A stretch of 64,000 nt of DNA from Acidobacteriota bacterium. Its GTDB lineage: Bacteria > Acidobacteriota > UBA890 > WLXD01. A program made the position numbers and the translations under genes. Positions 46,806-57,062 of the stretch are shown piece after piece. Where the stretch lies: contig CBDFKD010000002.1 of NCBI GenBank assembly GCA_965248695.1, positions 2,528,001 through 2,592,000 of the forward strand, in the 5' to 3' direction. Numbering within the stretch: position 1 is the first letter of the stretch; the number at the start of each line of letters is the position of its first letter. The notes below the pieces were generated by a model. It was given only the letters and a program-made list of their open reading frames with translations, had not been told where the DNA came from and searched no databases.

Positions 46806-47912
46806 CTAGTCGAGCTCGCTGATGTGACGATCGGCTGAGGCGAGCCAATCGGGGTTCACTTCGACACCCCATCCTGCGCCCTCGGGAATTTGCACCTTTC
46901 CGTCGATCGCTTCCAGGGCCGGCGTGTAGAGCCCCTCCTGCCAGGGGTAGTAGTCGGTCGGCTCGATGGAGAACTCGACGTACGGGCCGGCGTTGTCGAT
47001 GGCGCCCATCATGTGCAGGGTGAAGACGGTCACCATCGACAGGTTGGCGGAGTGCGGCACACACGGCAGCCCGATCTCCGCGGCCATCGCAGCGACCCGG
47101 AGCGCGCGGCTCAGACCGCCGATGTAGCACACGTCGGGCTGCACGATGTCGAAGGCGCGCGCCTGCAGCATGCGGCGCCAGTGCGTCACGGAACAGTCCT
47201 GCTCCCCGCCAGCGACCGGCACCTCGGAGGCGCGCGTCACCTCCGCGGTCGATTCAAACTCCCAGTACGGGCACGGCTCCTCGTAGTGGCACACGCCGTG
47301 GTCGGCGAGCATGCGACCGACCTCGATCGCCTTCGCCGGGGTGTACGCACAGTTGGCATCGACCAGCAGCGCGACATCGTCGCCGAGGGCGCGTCGCACC
47401 TGCGAGACCACTGCCTCGGTTCGACCCGGCCATTGGTCGTCGTCGTGGCCGCATTCCTTGCCGATGCGGATCTTGAACGCCTCGAAGCCGTGCGCGTCGC
47501 GCAGACGGACGAGACGATCGGCCTCGTCCTCGGGGGTTATATCGCGCCGCATGCTGGCGCCGTACACCGGAAGCGGTCGCGGCGTTCCGCCGAGCAGCTC
47601 GCAAACGCTCTTGCCCGCGCGCTTGCCGCGCAGGTCCCACAGCGCGGTATCAAGACCGGTCAGCGCCCGGCGCACGTATGAGCCCGGGAACTTGAACTCG
47701 ATCTCGAGGATGCGATCGAGCAACGAATCGATGACGGTTGCGTCCTCGCCGAGGGCGTACGGAGCAACCTGACGGTGCATCACGCGGGCGGCGATGTCTG
47801 CGTGGTAAGGCGACAATTGGCCCCAACCCTCGGCGCCGTCGTCGGTACGCAGTCGCACCATGCTGACGAACTCGTTGCTGAAGGTCTCGATGCTCTGGAT
47901 ACGGGCGGTCAA
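46806..47912 (-). CDS. Mandelate racemase/muconate lactonizing enzyme family protein
   Basis: [29 protein letters not shown]. Confidence 0.9.
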   Translation of the reverse strand: MTARIQSIETFSNEFVSMVRLRTDDGAEGWGQLSPYHADIAARVMHRQVAPYALGEDATVIDSLLDRILEIEFKFPGSYVRRALTGLDTALWDLRGKRAGKSVCELLGGTPRPLPVYGASMRRDITPEDEADRLVRLRDAHGFEAFKIRIGKECGHDDDQWPGRTEAVVSQVRRALGDDVALLVDANCAYTPAKAIEVGRMLADHGVCHYEEPCPYWEFESTAEVTRASEVPVAGGEQDCSVTHWRRMLQARAFDIVQPDVCYIGGLSRALRVAAMAAEIGLPCVPHSANLSMVTVFTLHMMGAIDNAGPYVEFSIEPTDYYPWQEGLYTPALEAIDGKVQIPEGAGWGVEVNPDWLASADRHISELD

Positions 47913-47914
47913 CG

Positions 47915-48994
47915 TCAGAACACGATGACGTTGCGCAGCGCATCACCCCGATTCACCGCGGCGATCGCCTCGTTGATCTCGTCGAGCGGGTACCGGGAGG
48001 TGACCAGCTCGTCGAGCTTGAGCGCGCCCCGCTCATAGAGGCGCACCAGCTTCGGTATGTCGACGCGAATCTGCACCGACCCCATCTTGCTGCCGACGAT
48101 GGTCTGGCCGGCATCGGCCACGTTACCGAGCTCGATGTCGGTGAACTCTCCGGTGGCAGGCATGCCGACAATCACCAGTGTGCCGCCCCGTCGCAGCAGA
48201 CCGAGCCCCTGCTCGAACGCCGGCGCGCTACCCACGGTGACGAAGACGTAGTCGGCTCCCCGCCCATCGGTCAGGGAGCGGATGACCGCCGCCGGGTCGT
48301 CCTCACGTGCATTGACGCGATGGGTAGCGCCAAATGACAGCGCCGCATCCAGCTTCGTATCCACCAGATCGATCGCGATGATCGGGTCCGCATCGGCCAG
48401 CCTGGCGCCTTGAACGCTGTTGAGTCCGACGCCACCAGCGCCGATCACCACCACGCTGCTACCCGCAGGGACCTTTGCCGTATTCACCACCGCTCCCAGA
48501 CCCGTGATGACTCCACAGGCGAGTAGCGATGCGCTGGCGGATGACATGTCATCCGGGACCGCGACCAGCTGGGGCTGGTCCACGACCACCTGCTCGGCAA
48601 ACGCAGCGGTACGGAAACCCTGGAAAAGCGAGACCCCATCCGCTTGGGTGAGGGGGCTGTTCTCGTGCAGCGGAAAGGTCGTCTCGCACTGGGCAGGCAG
48701 GCCCTGCGAGCAGAAGAAACAGTGGCCACAGGAGCGCAGCAGGGTCACCACCACATGTTGGCCAACCTCGACCAGGGTCACGCCGGGACCCACTTCCTCC
48801 ACTACACCGGCGGCCTCATGCCCATAGACAACCGGCAGCGGCCCGCCCCAGGCTCCCTCGATGGCGTGGATGTCGCTGCGACAGATGGCACAAGCAGCGA
48901 GCTTGACCTTGACCTCTCCGGCCTGCGGGGCAGCGAGGTCGATCTCCTCGACGACCAGCGGCTCACCGAACTCGCGACAGACAGCAGCTCTCAT
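47915..48994 (-). CDS. Zn-dependent alcohol dehydrogenase
   Basis: ICRSD, GHEAAG, CGHCFFC..C, GAGGVG. Confidence 0.9.
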   Translation of the reverse strand: MRAAVCREFGEPLVVEEIDLAAPQAGEVKVKLAACAICRSDIHAIEGAWGGPLPVVYGHEAAGVVEEVGPGVTLVEVGQHVVVTLLRSCGHCFFCSQGLPAQCETTFPLHENSPLTQADGVSLFQGFRTAAFAEQVVVDQPQLVAVPDDMSSASASLLACGVITGLGAVVNTAKVPAGSSVVVIGAGGVGLNSVQGARLADADPIIAIDLVDTKLDAALSFGATHRVNAREDDPAAVIRSLTDGRGADYVFVTVGSAPAFEQGLGLLRRGGTLVIVGMPATGEFTDIELGNVADAGQTIVGSKMGSVQIRVDIPKLVRLYERGALKLDELVTSRYPLDEINEAIAAVNRGDALRNVIVF

Positions 48995-49005
48995 GCAGCT
49001 GCATT

Positions 49006-51510
49006 TTACTCGTAGCGAAGCGCCCTCATCGGATCGATGCGCGACGCCCGCAACGCCGGGACGTAGCCGGCCACCAGCGCCACCAGTCCGAGCAGGATGA
49101 TCGACGTCACGACCACCAACGGGTCGTTGCCCTGAAGCTCGAACAGCAACGATTCGGCGGCACGACCGAGCGCCAGCGCCACCGCCAGGCCGACGCCGCA
49201 CCCGATGAGCGCCATGCGGCCGAGTTGGCGGAGAACCATGGAACGGACGCGACCACCATCGGCACCCAGCGCCATGCGGATGCCGAACTCCCGCGTGCGC
49301 TGCGCGACGGTGTAGGCAAGCACGCCATACAGGCCGACCGACGCCAGCAGCGTGGCCAGCAGCGCAAAGGCGCTCGACAGCGTGCCCAGGAAGCGGTCCA
49401 GGAAGACACTGTCGGCGGCCTGCTGCTCGAGCGTGATCATGTGCTCGACCGGCAGGTTGGGGTCGAGCCGCTCGACAACGGCGGGGATGGCCCGCAGCGT
49501 CTGCTCCGGGGAGCCCGAGGACCGAACGTAGAACGTCAGCTCGCCGATGCTCTCGTCCTGTCGATACGGGGTGAAGAACAACGGTGGCACAACCTGCTTC
49601 ACCTCGGAGTACTTGGCGTTCTGGACAACTCCGACGATCTCTAGGTCGAGCTCGGTGTCCGGGCCGCTACCTACCGCCATGCGCTTGCCGACAGCGCGCG
49701 CCCCTTCGAGTCCGAATTTCTCTACGAAGGCCTCGTTCACCAGCGCCACGCCTGGCGCTTCCAGCGCGTCATCAGCGGTGAACTCTCGACCGGCCATCAA
49801 CGGGATGCCGAGCGTGCTGAAGTAAGCGGGGCCAATGCGATTCATACGCGCGTTGTTGTCGACGTCGGGACCCCACTCGAATCCCTCGACGGATACGTCG
49901 TTGCCCCAGTTGTTGCCGCTGAGGATGGCCCCCATGGCGCCCGTCACACCGGTCACGCCCGGCATTGCCGCCAGTTCCTGTTCGACGCGCTGGAACAGGG
50001 CCTTCGACTCCTCGGGCTCGTAGCCGTTGAGCTCCGGAGAGATCCCGAAGGCGACAATGTTGTCCGCCCGTAACCCCAGGTCGACCTGGCTGACATTGAG
50101 CAAGCTCTTGATGAACAGCCCGGCAACCATGAGGAGCGCTGTGGAAAGGGCGAGTTGTGCAATGACCAGCGAGCTTCGGAAGCGCGACGCGTCGCCCGCT
50201 CCGGCGGGCTGCCCGGCATTGGATCGCAGCACCGTCGCCAGATCGGTCCGGGTGCTGTGCAACGCCGGGTACAGACCGAAGATGAGGCCAGTGCCCAGCG
50301 CCAGCACGGCGGTAAAGGCCAGCATCGCCGGGCGTAGCGTCAGCGTCAGGCTGTCGAGCCCCCCGTCGGGCACGACAGCGCCGATCGCCGCCAAGGTCCA
50401 CTGCGCTACGAGGAGGCTGGCCACGCCACCGAGCGCCGCTAGCAGGGACGACTCCAGTAGCAGCTGGCGCAGGAGCTGCCAGCGACTGGCGCCGATGGAG
50501 CCGCGGATGGCGATCTCCTGGTCGCGCTTGGCTCCTCGCGCCAGCAGCAGGTTGGCGATGTTGGCGCAGGCGATCAGCAGCACCGTTCCGGTGATGCCGA
50601 GAAGCAACATCAAGGGTGTCTGCGCCTCGTCGTGGAAGTTGCTCTGCCCTCGGTAGCCGGGCTCGAATACCAGCTCCTTGGCACGGAACTGCTCCATGGT
50701 CGCGTCGCTCATGCCTTGCTGTACATCGGCTTCCACGTCGTTGACGATGGCCGAGTAGACATTGTTGATCTCCGCCGAGGCACGCTCGATCGAGACGCCG
50801 GGCTCCAGTCGGCCGAACAGGTAAGCCCAGTAGCCTCGACGCTCTTCGAAGCCCCACCAGGTAGGGAACATCGCGTCGCGCATCGTCAACGGCAGGAACA
50901 CATCGGGCTGAGCGCCGAACGTGGTGCCGCGGAAGCCCTCCGCCGCGACGCCGACGATTGTCATCGACTTGCCGTTGACAATGATCGTCCCGTTGAGCAC
51001 GCCCGGGTCGCTTCCGAGCCGGTTGCGCCAGTAGTCGTGGCTCAGGACTGCGACGAAATGCTCGCCGATGTTCTGATCGTCGGCGGTCGTAAGGAGGCGG
51101 CCGAGCGCCGGGCGCACACCGAGCACGCCGAAGTAGGAGCCCGACACGAGCATGCCGGCTCCATGCACCGTCTCACCGTCTTGCGCCAGGTTGGCTCCGA
51201 AAGCCACGTGTGCCGCGATGCCCGAGAAGCCGCTTTCGGCCGCTTCCAGATCCTTGAACATCGGGTAGCTGAACACCTCATCACAACCACCGGCGCCGCC
51301 GCACGACTGGGATCCGGGCTTCGGACCGGGGTTGAGGAAGTTCACCAGGCCACCGGGATCCCGCACTGGCAAGGACTGCATCAGCAGCTGGTCGAAAAGC
51401 GAGAAGATCGCCGCGTTGGCGCCGATGCCGAGTGCCAGGGAGAGGATCGCCACCGCAGTGACAAACGGCGTCTTGGTTAGCGTTCGGAGGGCGACTTTAA
51501 GTGCAGTCAT
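49006..51510 (-). CDS. ADOP-family duplicated ABC permease
   Basis: LALGIGANAAIFSL, LLIACANIANLLLAR, RTREFGIRMALGA, IDPMRALRYE. Confidence 0.92.
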   Translation of the reverse strand: MTALKVALRTLTKTPFVTAVAILSLALGIGANAAIFSLFDQLLMQSLPVRDPGGLVNFLNPGPKPGSQSCGGAGGCDEVFSYPMFKDLEAAESGFSGIAAHVAFGANLAQDGETVHGAGMLVSGSYFGVLGVRPALGRLLTTADDQNIGEHFVAVLSHDYWRNRLGSDPGVLNGTIIVNGKSMTIVGVAAEGFRGTTFGAQPDVFLPLTMRDAMFPTWWGFEERRGYWAYLFGRLEPGVSIERASAEINNVYSAIVNDVEADVQQGMSDATMEQFRAKELVFEPGYRGQSNFHDEAQTPLMLLLGITGTVLLIACANIANLLLARGAKRDQEIAIRGSIGASRWQLLRQLLLESSLLAALGGVASLLVAQWTLAAIGAVVPDGGLDSLTLTLRPAMLAFTAVLALGTGLIFGLYPALHSTRTDLATVLRSNAGQPAGAGDASRFRSSLVIAQLALSTALLMVAGLFIKSLLNVSQVDLGLRADNIVAFGISPELNGYEPEESKALFQRVEQELAAMPGVTGVTGAMGAILSGNNWGNDVSVEGFEWGPDVDNNARMNRIGPAYFSTLGIPLMAGREFTADDALEAPGVALVNEAFVEKFGLEGARAVGKRMAVGSGPDTELDLEIVGVVQNAKYSEVKQVVPPLFFTPYRQDESIGELTFYVRSSGSPEQTLRAIPAVVERLDPNLPVEHMITLEQQAADSVFLDRFLGTLSSAFALLATLLASVGLYGVLAYTVAQRTREFGIRMALGADGGRVRSMVLRQLGRMALIGCGVGLAVALALGRAAESLLFELQGNDPLVVVTSIILLGLVALVAGYVPALRASRIDPMRALRYE

Positions 51511-51648
51511 CGAGAGGCTCCCAAGAGGCCGCAACCGGGTTCAGTCGGCACGGGATTCGCAACCGGGCAGGCTGCGAGCATGCAGGGCAGTTCAGGACAG
51601 TCGGTCTTTAGACGTTCTGAAGCCGGGGAGCGTTTGCATCAGCCTACC

Positions 51649-54600
51649 TCACTGCAACTCCGTGATCCCGGCGTCCTGTGGCTCGGCGTCCCACCACCAG
51701 AAAGGCGGCAGCTCCTTTTCTACCGGCCACACCTGGTTCATCGTGTCACCGTCGTACAGCTCGCCGTTCTTCATCACCCAGCGCACGGTGTTGGTGTTGT
51801 GGATGTCCGCGAGCGGGTCGGCGTCGAGCACCACCAGGTCGGCCAGCTTGCCGGCCTCGAGGCTGCCGAGATCCTGCTCCACGCCGATGATGCGGGCACC
51901 GTCGATGGTTGCCGCCTGCAGCACCTCGCGCGGCGTCATGCCGCCCATGCCCAGCGCCCACATCTCCCAGTGGTATCCGAGCCCCTGCAGCTGACCGTGG
52001 CCACCGACACCGACCAGGCCACCTGCACGCTGAATCTTGGCGGCGTCGGCGGCCGCCTCATCGAAGCTGAACTCGTCGTCGCGAATCCACCGGCCGCGAC
52101 GACGCGACATCTCGTCGAGACGGTTGTGCGGGTAGAAGCGGTTGAGCTTGGCATCGTCGTGCACCTCGGTGCGGGAGTAGAAGTACTCCTCGGCGATCGT
52201 CCCGCCGTACTGCACCAGAAGCGTCGGCGTATACGCGGTCTGCGTGCGTGCAAAGAGCTCGACGACATCCTTGAACAACGGGGTTACCGGCAGCGTGTGC
52301 TCGTTGCCGTGCATGCCGTCGATGGCGTGGGTCATGTCGAGCGCCAGATCGCGGCCACCCTCGGTGGTGGGAATAAGCCCGAGCTCCTTGGACGCCTTCA
52401 CCACCCACTGGCGCTGCTGCCGGTTGCCCACTATGTAGGACTTGATGTTGCGTGTTCGGTAGTGGCGTGCGTAGCGTCGTAAGAAGTCGAGCGTCGCCTC
52501 GTAGCTCTGGAAATCATTGGTGGAGAACACGCCGGGTCCGGTCATCAAGGCGCGCTGGCCGATGGACTGGCCGGTCTCGACGAGATCCTGGTAGGCCAGG
52601 TAGTCGTTGGTCGTCGTTTGTACGTCCAGCCCGGTGGTCACGCCGTAGGCGAGGTTGGCGATCAGGCTCCAGTTCTGCGGCTCGAGCACGTCGTGAGTGC
52701 GGAACTCCCAGTGGGCGTGCGTGTCGATCATGCCAGGGATCACGTAGCTGCCCGCGATGTCGATCTGGCGCGCGCCGTCGGGAAGCTCGACCTGGCCGCG
52801 CGGCCCCAACGCTACGATGCGATTGTCCGTCACCACGATGTCGGCGGCCTCGATGACCGAGTCGCCCTGCATGGTGATCGCGGTACCACCACGCAAGACG
52901 ATGGTGCCCCTCGGCACGGCACGCGGGAACTCCAGAACGATCTCGATCGATTCGACCTCGTCGGCGTCGTCGCGCGGACTGTGGGGCGCATCCTCACCAT
53001 CGTCGTCCTGCGCGGCGTCGGCGCTCGCATCGTCGGAGTCGCCGACGGCGTCGGCGGACTCATCAGCGGCTTCTGCGCTGCCGGCGGCACCGTCCGCGCT
53101 CGTCTCCGAGCCCTCATCCGCGGCGTCGTCATTCGCCGTCGGTGTCCAGTCAATCGTGTCGAGCGACCGCCGATAGAACGTCGAACCGATCGCCCACGTG
53201 ATCGTGTTGCCACTGTCGGCCCAGGCGAAATAGTCCGCACCGATATCGGTGATCTGCCGGACCGGCACGGTGGCGTCGCGAATCGACACCGTCGGCTCAC
53301 CGGCAATCCGAGGCACCGCGACGACCCAGAGCTGGTTGTTGACCGCCGCCAGTGCCCAGTCGCCATCGGGATGCAGCAAGACGCGGCTCGCCGGTCCGGG
53401 GCGCGGGCCACGTCCTGGACCTGTCACCTTCAAGTGCACCCGGCGATCGGTGCCGTCGTGGCGCAACGATATGAGCCCATCGGGCGAATAGACGAAGATG
53501 CGCTCCGGATCGCTGGCGAAGTGCGGGGCGCCCAGTCCTCGCGCTGGCACGATCAGCTCAACGTCACCGCCGGCGGCCGGAAGCGAAATCAGATCCAGCG
53601 GTATCCGCAGGCCGCCGAACTCGCTGAACGTCTGATGACGCGTGTATTCGTTGCCGCGCAGTCCGACAATCCGCGTACCGTCGGGTGAGTAGGCGATATC
53701 GGTGTAGAACGCCGGGTGCTCGCTGAGCTGCTCGGGCGAACCGCTGCTATCGGCGCGCATGCGCCAGATCTGCCCGCCGTCACTCATCGACCACGTCACG
53801 TAGGCGATCCACTCGCCGTCAGGCGACCAGGCGGGCTTGAATTCCCAGGCATCCCCGGTCGTCAGGCGTCGCGGCGAGCCATCGGCCGAATCCAGCACGT
53901 AGATCTTGGTGAGCACCGACATCGCGACGCGTTCCCCGTCGGGCGACTGCTGCGGGTCTTGGATGAGTCGAGCGCGCACCGGCCCCTGGTCGATCCGGTA
54001 GGGAAACTCCAGCTCCGGACCGATATCCAGCCCGACGTCAGCGGTGAACGGAATGGGAGACGGAGATCCGTCAGCGACAGCGACGCGCCACAGCTTTCCG
54101 CCGGCGGTCACGACGACCGACTCGCCGTCAGGTGTAAAGGCGTAGGTCGGGAACGTGTCACGACTCGGAGCGCCGCCGCTCTCGATCTCGTCGCGCTGCA
54201 CGGGCCAGACAAGCCATCGGTCGGCACCCGACTCGAGGTCTCGAATTCGCAGTCCGGTGCGGGTCTCGTGGCGCGTGGCGTAGACGAGCAGCTTTCCGTC
54301 TGGCGACAGCGCCGGCCGCACAGCACCGTACTCCGCTTGGGTCAACATATCGACGTCGCCGCTTCGCATGTCCATGCGTCCGATCTGCCATCCCGGGAAG
54401 TTCGCCGCGTTGCGGTTGCCGGACTGCGAGAAGTACAGGTGGCGCCCGTCCGGTGACATCACCGCGCCCAGCCGCGTCGGACCCGAAGGTCCGCCACCGG
54501 GCCCCGGCGGACCGTCGCCGCGCGCCGGCGACGGTGCCGGACCAACGGTCAACCCCGAGCCACCCCTGATGTGGTGCAGACGCAGCTCTGACCGCGCATC

Positions 54601-55092
54601 GCGGCGAGTCACCATCACGTACTGGCCGTCCGGCGTCCACGCCGGCGAGATCATCGCCGCGCGGCGCTCCGAGGAGAGCTTGCGAGGCTCGGTGCCGTCG
54701 GCGCGCGCGATCCACAAATTGTTGCTGCCGCTGCGATCGCTGATGAACGCGATCCACTCCCCGTCCGGCGACACACGCGGCTGAGCATCGAAGCCCATGC
54801 CCTCTGTAATCCGCGTCGCCGTGCCGCCGCCGATCGGCAACGTATAGAGGTCGCCGACCAGATCGAACACCAGCCGCTCGCCGTCGGGAAACACGTCGAC
54901 CGATAACCAGGTTCCCTCGTCGGTGGTGAACTCGAGCTTGCCGGCGGGCTCCAGCGGCAATCCATCGTCGCCGGCCCCGGCGCCTCGCTGCGCGCTGGCC
55001 ATCGATGCGGCGGCGAGCGTTGCAACCAGCGTCGCGACGACGGTACGAAAGCGGCGGTCAGCAGAGCGTGACGGCACACAGCGCAGCGTCAT
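51649..55092 (-). CDS. PD40/TolB-repeat + amidohydrolase protein
   Basis: EGTWLSVDV, SPDG repeats, PGMIDTHAH, GGHGQLQG, GKLADL; paralog of 22855-26160. Confidence 0.9.
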   Translation of the reverse strand: MTLRCVPSRSADRRFRTVVATLVATLAAASMASAQRGAGAGDDGLPLEPAGKLEFTTDEGTWLSVDVFPDGERLVFDLVGDLYTLPIGGGTATRITEGMGFDAQPRVSPDGEWIAFISDRSGSNNLWIARADGTEPRKLSSERRAAMISPAWTPDGQYVMVTRRDARSELRLHHIRGGSGLTVGPAPSPARGDGPPGPGGGPSGPTRLGAVMSPDGRHLYFSQSGNRNAANFPGWQIGRMDMRSGDVDMLTQAEYGAVRPALSPDGKLLVYATRHETRTGLRIRDLESGADRWLVWPVQRDEIESGGAPSRDTFPTYAFTPDGESVVVTAGGKLWRVAVADGSPSPIPFTADVGLDIGPELEFPYRIDQGPVRARLIQDPQQSPDGERVAMSVLTKIYVLDSADGSPRRLTTGDAWEFKPAWSPDGEWIAYVTWSMSDGGQIWRMRADSSGSPEQLSEHPAFYTDIAYSPDGTRIVGLRGNEYTRHQTFSEFGGLRIPLDLISLPAAGGDVELIVPARGLGAPHFASDPERIFVYSPDGLISLRHDGTDRRVHLKVTGPGRGPRPGPASRVLLHPDGDWALAAVNNQLWVVAVPRIAGEPTVSIRDATVPVRQITDIGADYFAWADSGNTITWAIGSTFYRRSLDTIDWTPTANDDAADEGSETSADGAAGSAEAADESADAVGDSDDASADAAQDDDGEDAPHSPRDDADEVESIEIVLEFPRAVPRGTIVLRGGTAITMQGDSVIEAADIVVTDNRIVALGPRGQVELPDGARQIDIAGSYVIPGMIDTHAHWEFRTHDVLEPQNWSLIANLAYGVTTGLDVQTTTNDYLAYQDLVETGQSIGQRALMTGPGVFSTNDFQSYEATLDFLRRYARHYRTRNIKSYIVGNRQQRQWVVKASKELGLIPTTEGGRDLALDMTHAIDGMHGNEHTLPVTPLFKDVVELFARTQTAYTPTLLVQYGGTIAEEYFYSRTEVHDDAKLNRFYPHNRLDEMSRRRGRWIRDDEFSFDEAAADAAKIQRAGGLVGVGGHGQLQGLGYHWEMWALGMGGMTPREVLQAATIDGARIIGVEQDLGSLEAGKLADLVVLDADPLADIHNTNTVRWVMKNGELYDGDTMNQVWPVEKELPPFWWWDAEPQDAGITELQ

Positions 55093-55133
55093 GAGAGGCC
55101 TCGGGTGTGTACGGAGGAAAGGAGGATGCGCAC

Positions 55134-57056
55134 CTACGACTTGCTTCGCGGCTGAGCCTCAGCTGGCGGGTACCCGATCCGTCCGAGGTCGGCAGCGATC
55201 TCATCCAGGATCTCCGGCTCGTCGATCGTCGCCGGCATCTTGAACTCTTCCCCGGCTGCGATCTTGCGCATCGTTCCGCGCAGGATCTTCCCGGAGCGTG
55301 TCTTGGGTAGACGGCGGACGATTGCGGCGACCTTGAACGAGGCTACCGGCCCGATCCGCGACCGGATCATTTGCACCGCCTCAGCGACGATCTCGTCTTC
55401 AGTGCGCTCGACGTTGGCTTTGAGCACGATCAGCCCCAACGGGATCTCGCCCTTGAGCGCGTCGGGCACTCCGAACACGGCGCACTCGGCGACGTCCTCG
55501 TGCGAGGACAGCACCTCCTCCATACCACCGGTCGATAGCCGATGGCCGGCCACGTTGATGATGTCGTCGGTGCGGCTCATGATCCACAGGTAGCCGTCGT
55601 CGTCCTTGAAGCCGGCGTCGGCGGTCGTGTAGTAGCCCGGAAACGCACGCAGGTAGGTGTCGACGAAGCCGTCGTCGTTGTTCCACAGCGTCGGCAGGCA
55701 ACCGGGCGGCATTGGCAACTTGATGGCAATCGTGCCCGTATCGCCGGCGGCCACCTCGATGGCGGAGTCATCGAGCACCCGTACGTCGAAACCCGGCACC
55801 GCGAGACCACAGGAGCCGGGCTTGACCGGCAGATCACCGAGGCCGGCGCAGTTGGCCCCGATCGCCCAGCTCGTCTCAGTCTGCCACCAGTGATCGACAA
55901 CCGGCACGCGGAGCTCCTGCTGGGCCCACGCGAGGGTGTCCGGATCGCAGCGTTCGCCGGCTAGAAACAGTGCCCGGAAGCTGCTGAGGTCGTAGCGCCG
56001 CATGAAATCGCCGGCGGGATCCTCGCGCTTTATGGCGCGAAACGCGGTCGGCGCCGTGAACAGGACGTTCACCTTGTGGTCAGCGATGACGCGCCAGAAT
56101 GCACCCGGGTCCGGCGTGCCGACCGGCTTACCTTCGTACAGCACCGTGGTGCATCCGTGAAACAGCGGCGCATAGACGATGTAAGAGTGGCCAACGATCC
56201 AGCCGACGTCGGAAGCGGCCCAGTACACGTCGCCCGGCTCGACGTCATAGACGTGCTTCATTGTCCATTTCAGGGCAACGAGGTGACCGCCATGATCGCG
56301 CACCACGCCCTTCGGTATGCCTGTGGTACCGGATGTGTAGAGAATGTAGAGGGGGTCGGTCGCCGCCACCGGCAGACAGCCAACCGGCGCCGCGGCATCG
56401 ATCTCGGTCACCCAGTCCACATCTCGACCGTCCACCATCGTCGCCTCCGCCTGCGGACGCTGGAGGACGACACAGGTCTGGGGCTTGAACGACGCCATCT
56501 CGATCGCCTGATCGAGCAACGGCTTGTACACGATCACCCGTTCGCCCTCGATGCCGCACGAGGCCGACACGATCACCTTGGGCTTGGCATCGTCGATACG
56601 GGTGGCAAGCTCATTGGACGCGAAGCCGCCGAACACCACCGAGTGGATCGCCCCGATTCGCGCGCAGGCGAGCATGGTGATCACCGCTTCCGGGACGGCC
56701 GGCATGTAGATGATCACCCGATCGCCCTTCTCGACCCCGCGGGCCGCCAGCACGCCGGCGAAGCGGGATACCTGGTCCTGAAGCTCGGCGTACGTCAGGC
56801 GTGTGACCGTGCCAGTGACCGGGCTATCGTGCACCAGCGCCAGCTGCTCGGCGCGGCCCGATTCCACGTGCCGATCGACGGCGTTGTAGCAGGTGTTGAC
56901 GACGCCGCCGGCGAACCACCGATAGAAAGGTGGATTCGAATCGTCGAGCACCCGATCCCACCGCCGGTACCAGTGGATGTCCTCGGCAGCGGCGGCCCAG
57001 AAGCTGTTTGGGTCATCCAGAGACTGCCTGTGAAGATCCGCCTGGTGACTCGTCAC
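55134..57056 (-). CDS. prpE: Propionyl-CoA synthetase
   Basis: YILYTSGTTGIPKG, FLAGERCDP, DHWWQTET, LPKTRSGKILR. Confidence 0.85.
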   Translation of the reverse strand: MTSHQADLHRQSLDDPNSFWAAAAEDIHWYRRWDRVLDDSNPPFYRWFAGGVVNTCYNAVDRHVESGRAEQLALVHDSPVTGTVTRLTYAELQDQVSRFAGVLAARGVEKGDRVIIYMPAVPEAVITMLACARIGAIHSVVFGGFASNELATRIDDAKPKVIVSASCGIEGERVIVYKPLLDQAIEMASFKPQTCVVLQRPQAEATMVDGRDVDWVTEIDAAAPVGCLPVAATDPLYILYTSGTTGIPKGVVRDHGGHLVALKWTMKHVYDVEPGDVYWAASDVGWIVGHSYIVYAPLFHGCTTVLYEGKPVGTPDPGAFWRVIADHKVNVLFTAPTAFRAIKREDPAGDFMRRYDLSSFRALFLAGERCDPDTLAWAQQELRVPVVDHWWQTETSWAIGANCAGLGDLPVKPGSCGLAVPGFDVRVLDDSAIEVAAGDTGTIAIKLPMPPGCLPTLWNNDDGFVDTYLRAFPGYYTTADAGFKDDDGYLWIMSRTDDIINVAGHRLSTGGMEEVLSSHEDVAECAVFGVPDALKGEIPLGLIVLKANVERTEDEIVAEAVQMIRSRIGPVASFKVAAIVRRLPKTRSGKILRGTMRKIAAGEEFKMPATIDEPEILDEIAADLGRIGYPPAEAQPRSKS

Positions 57057-57062
57057 TGAGTC

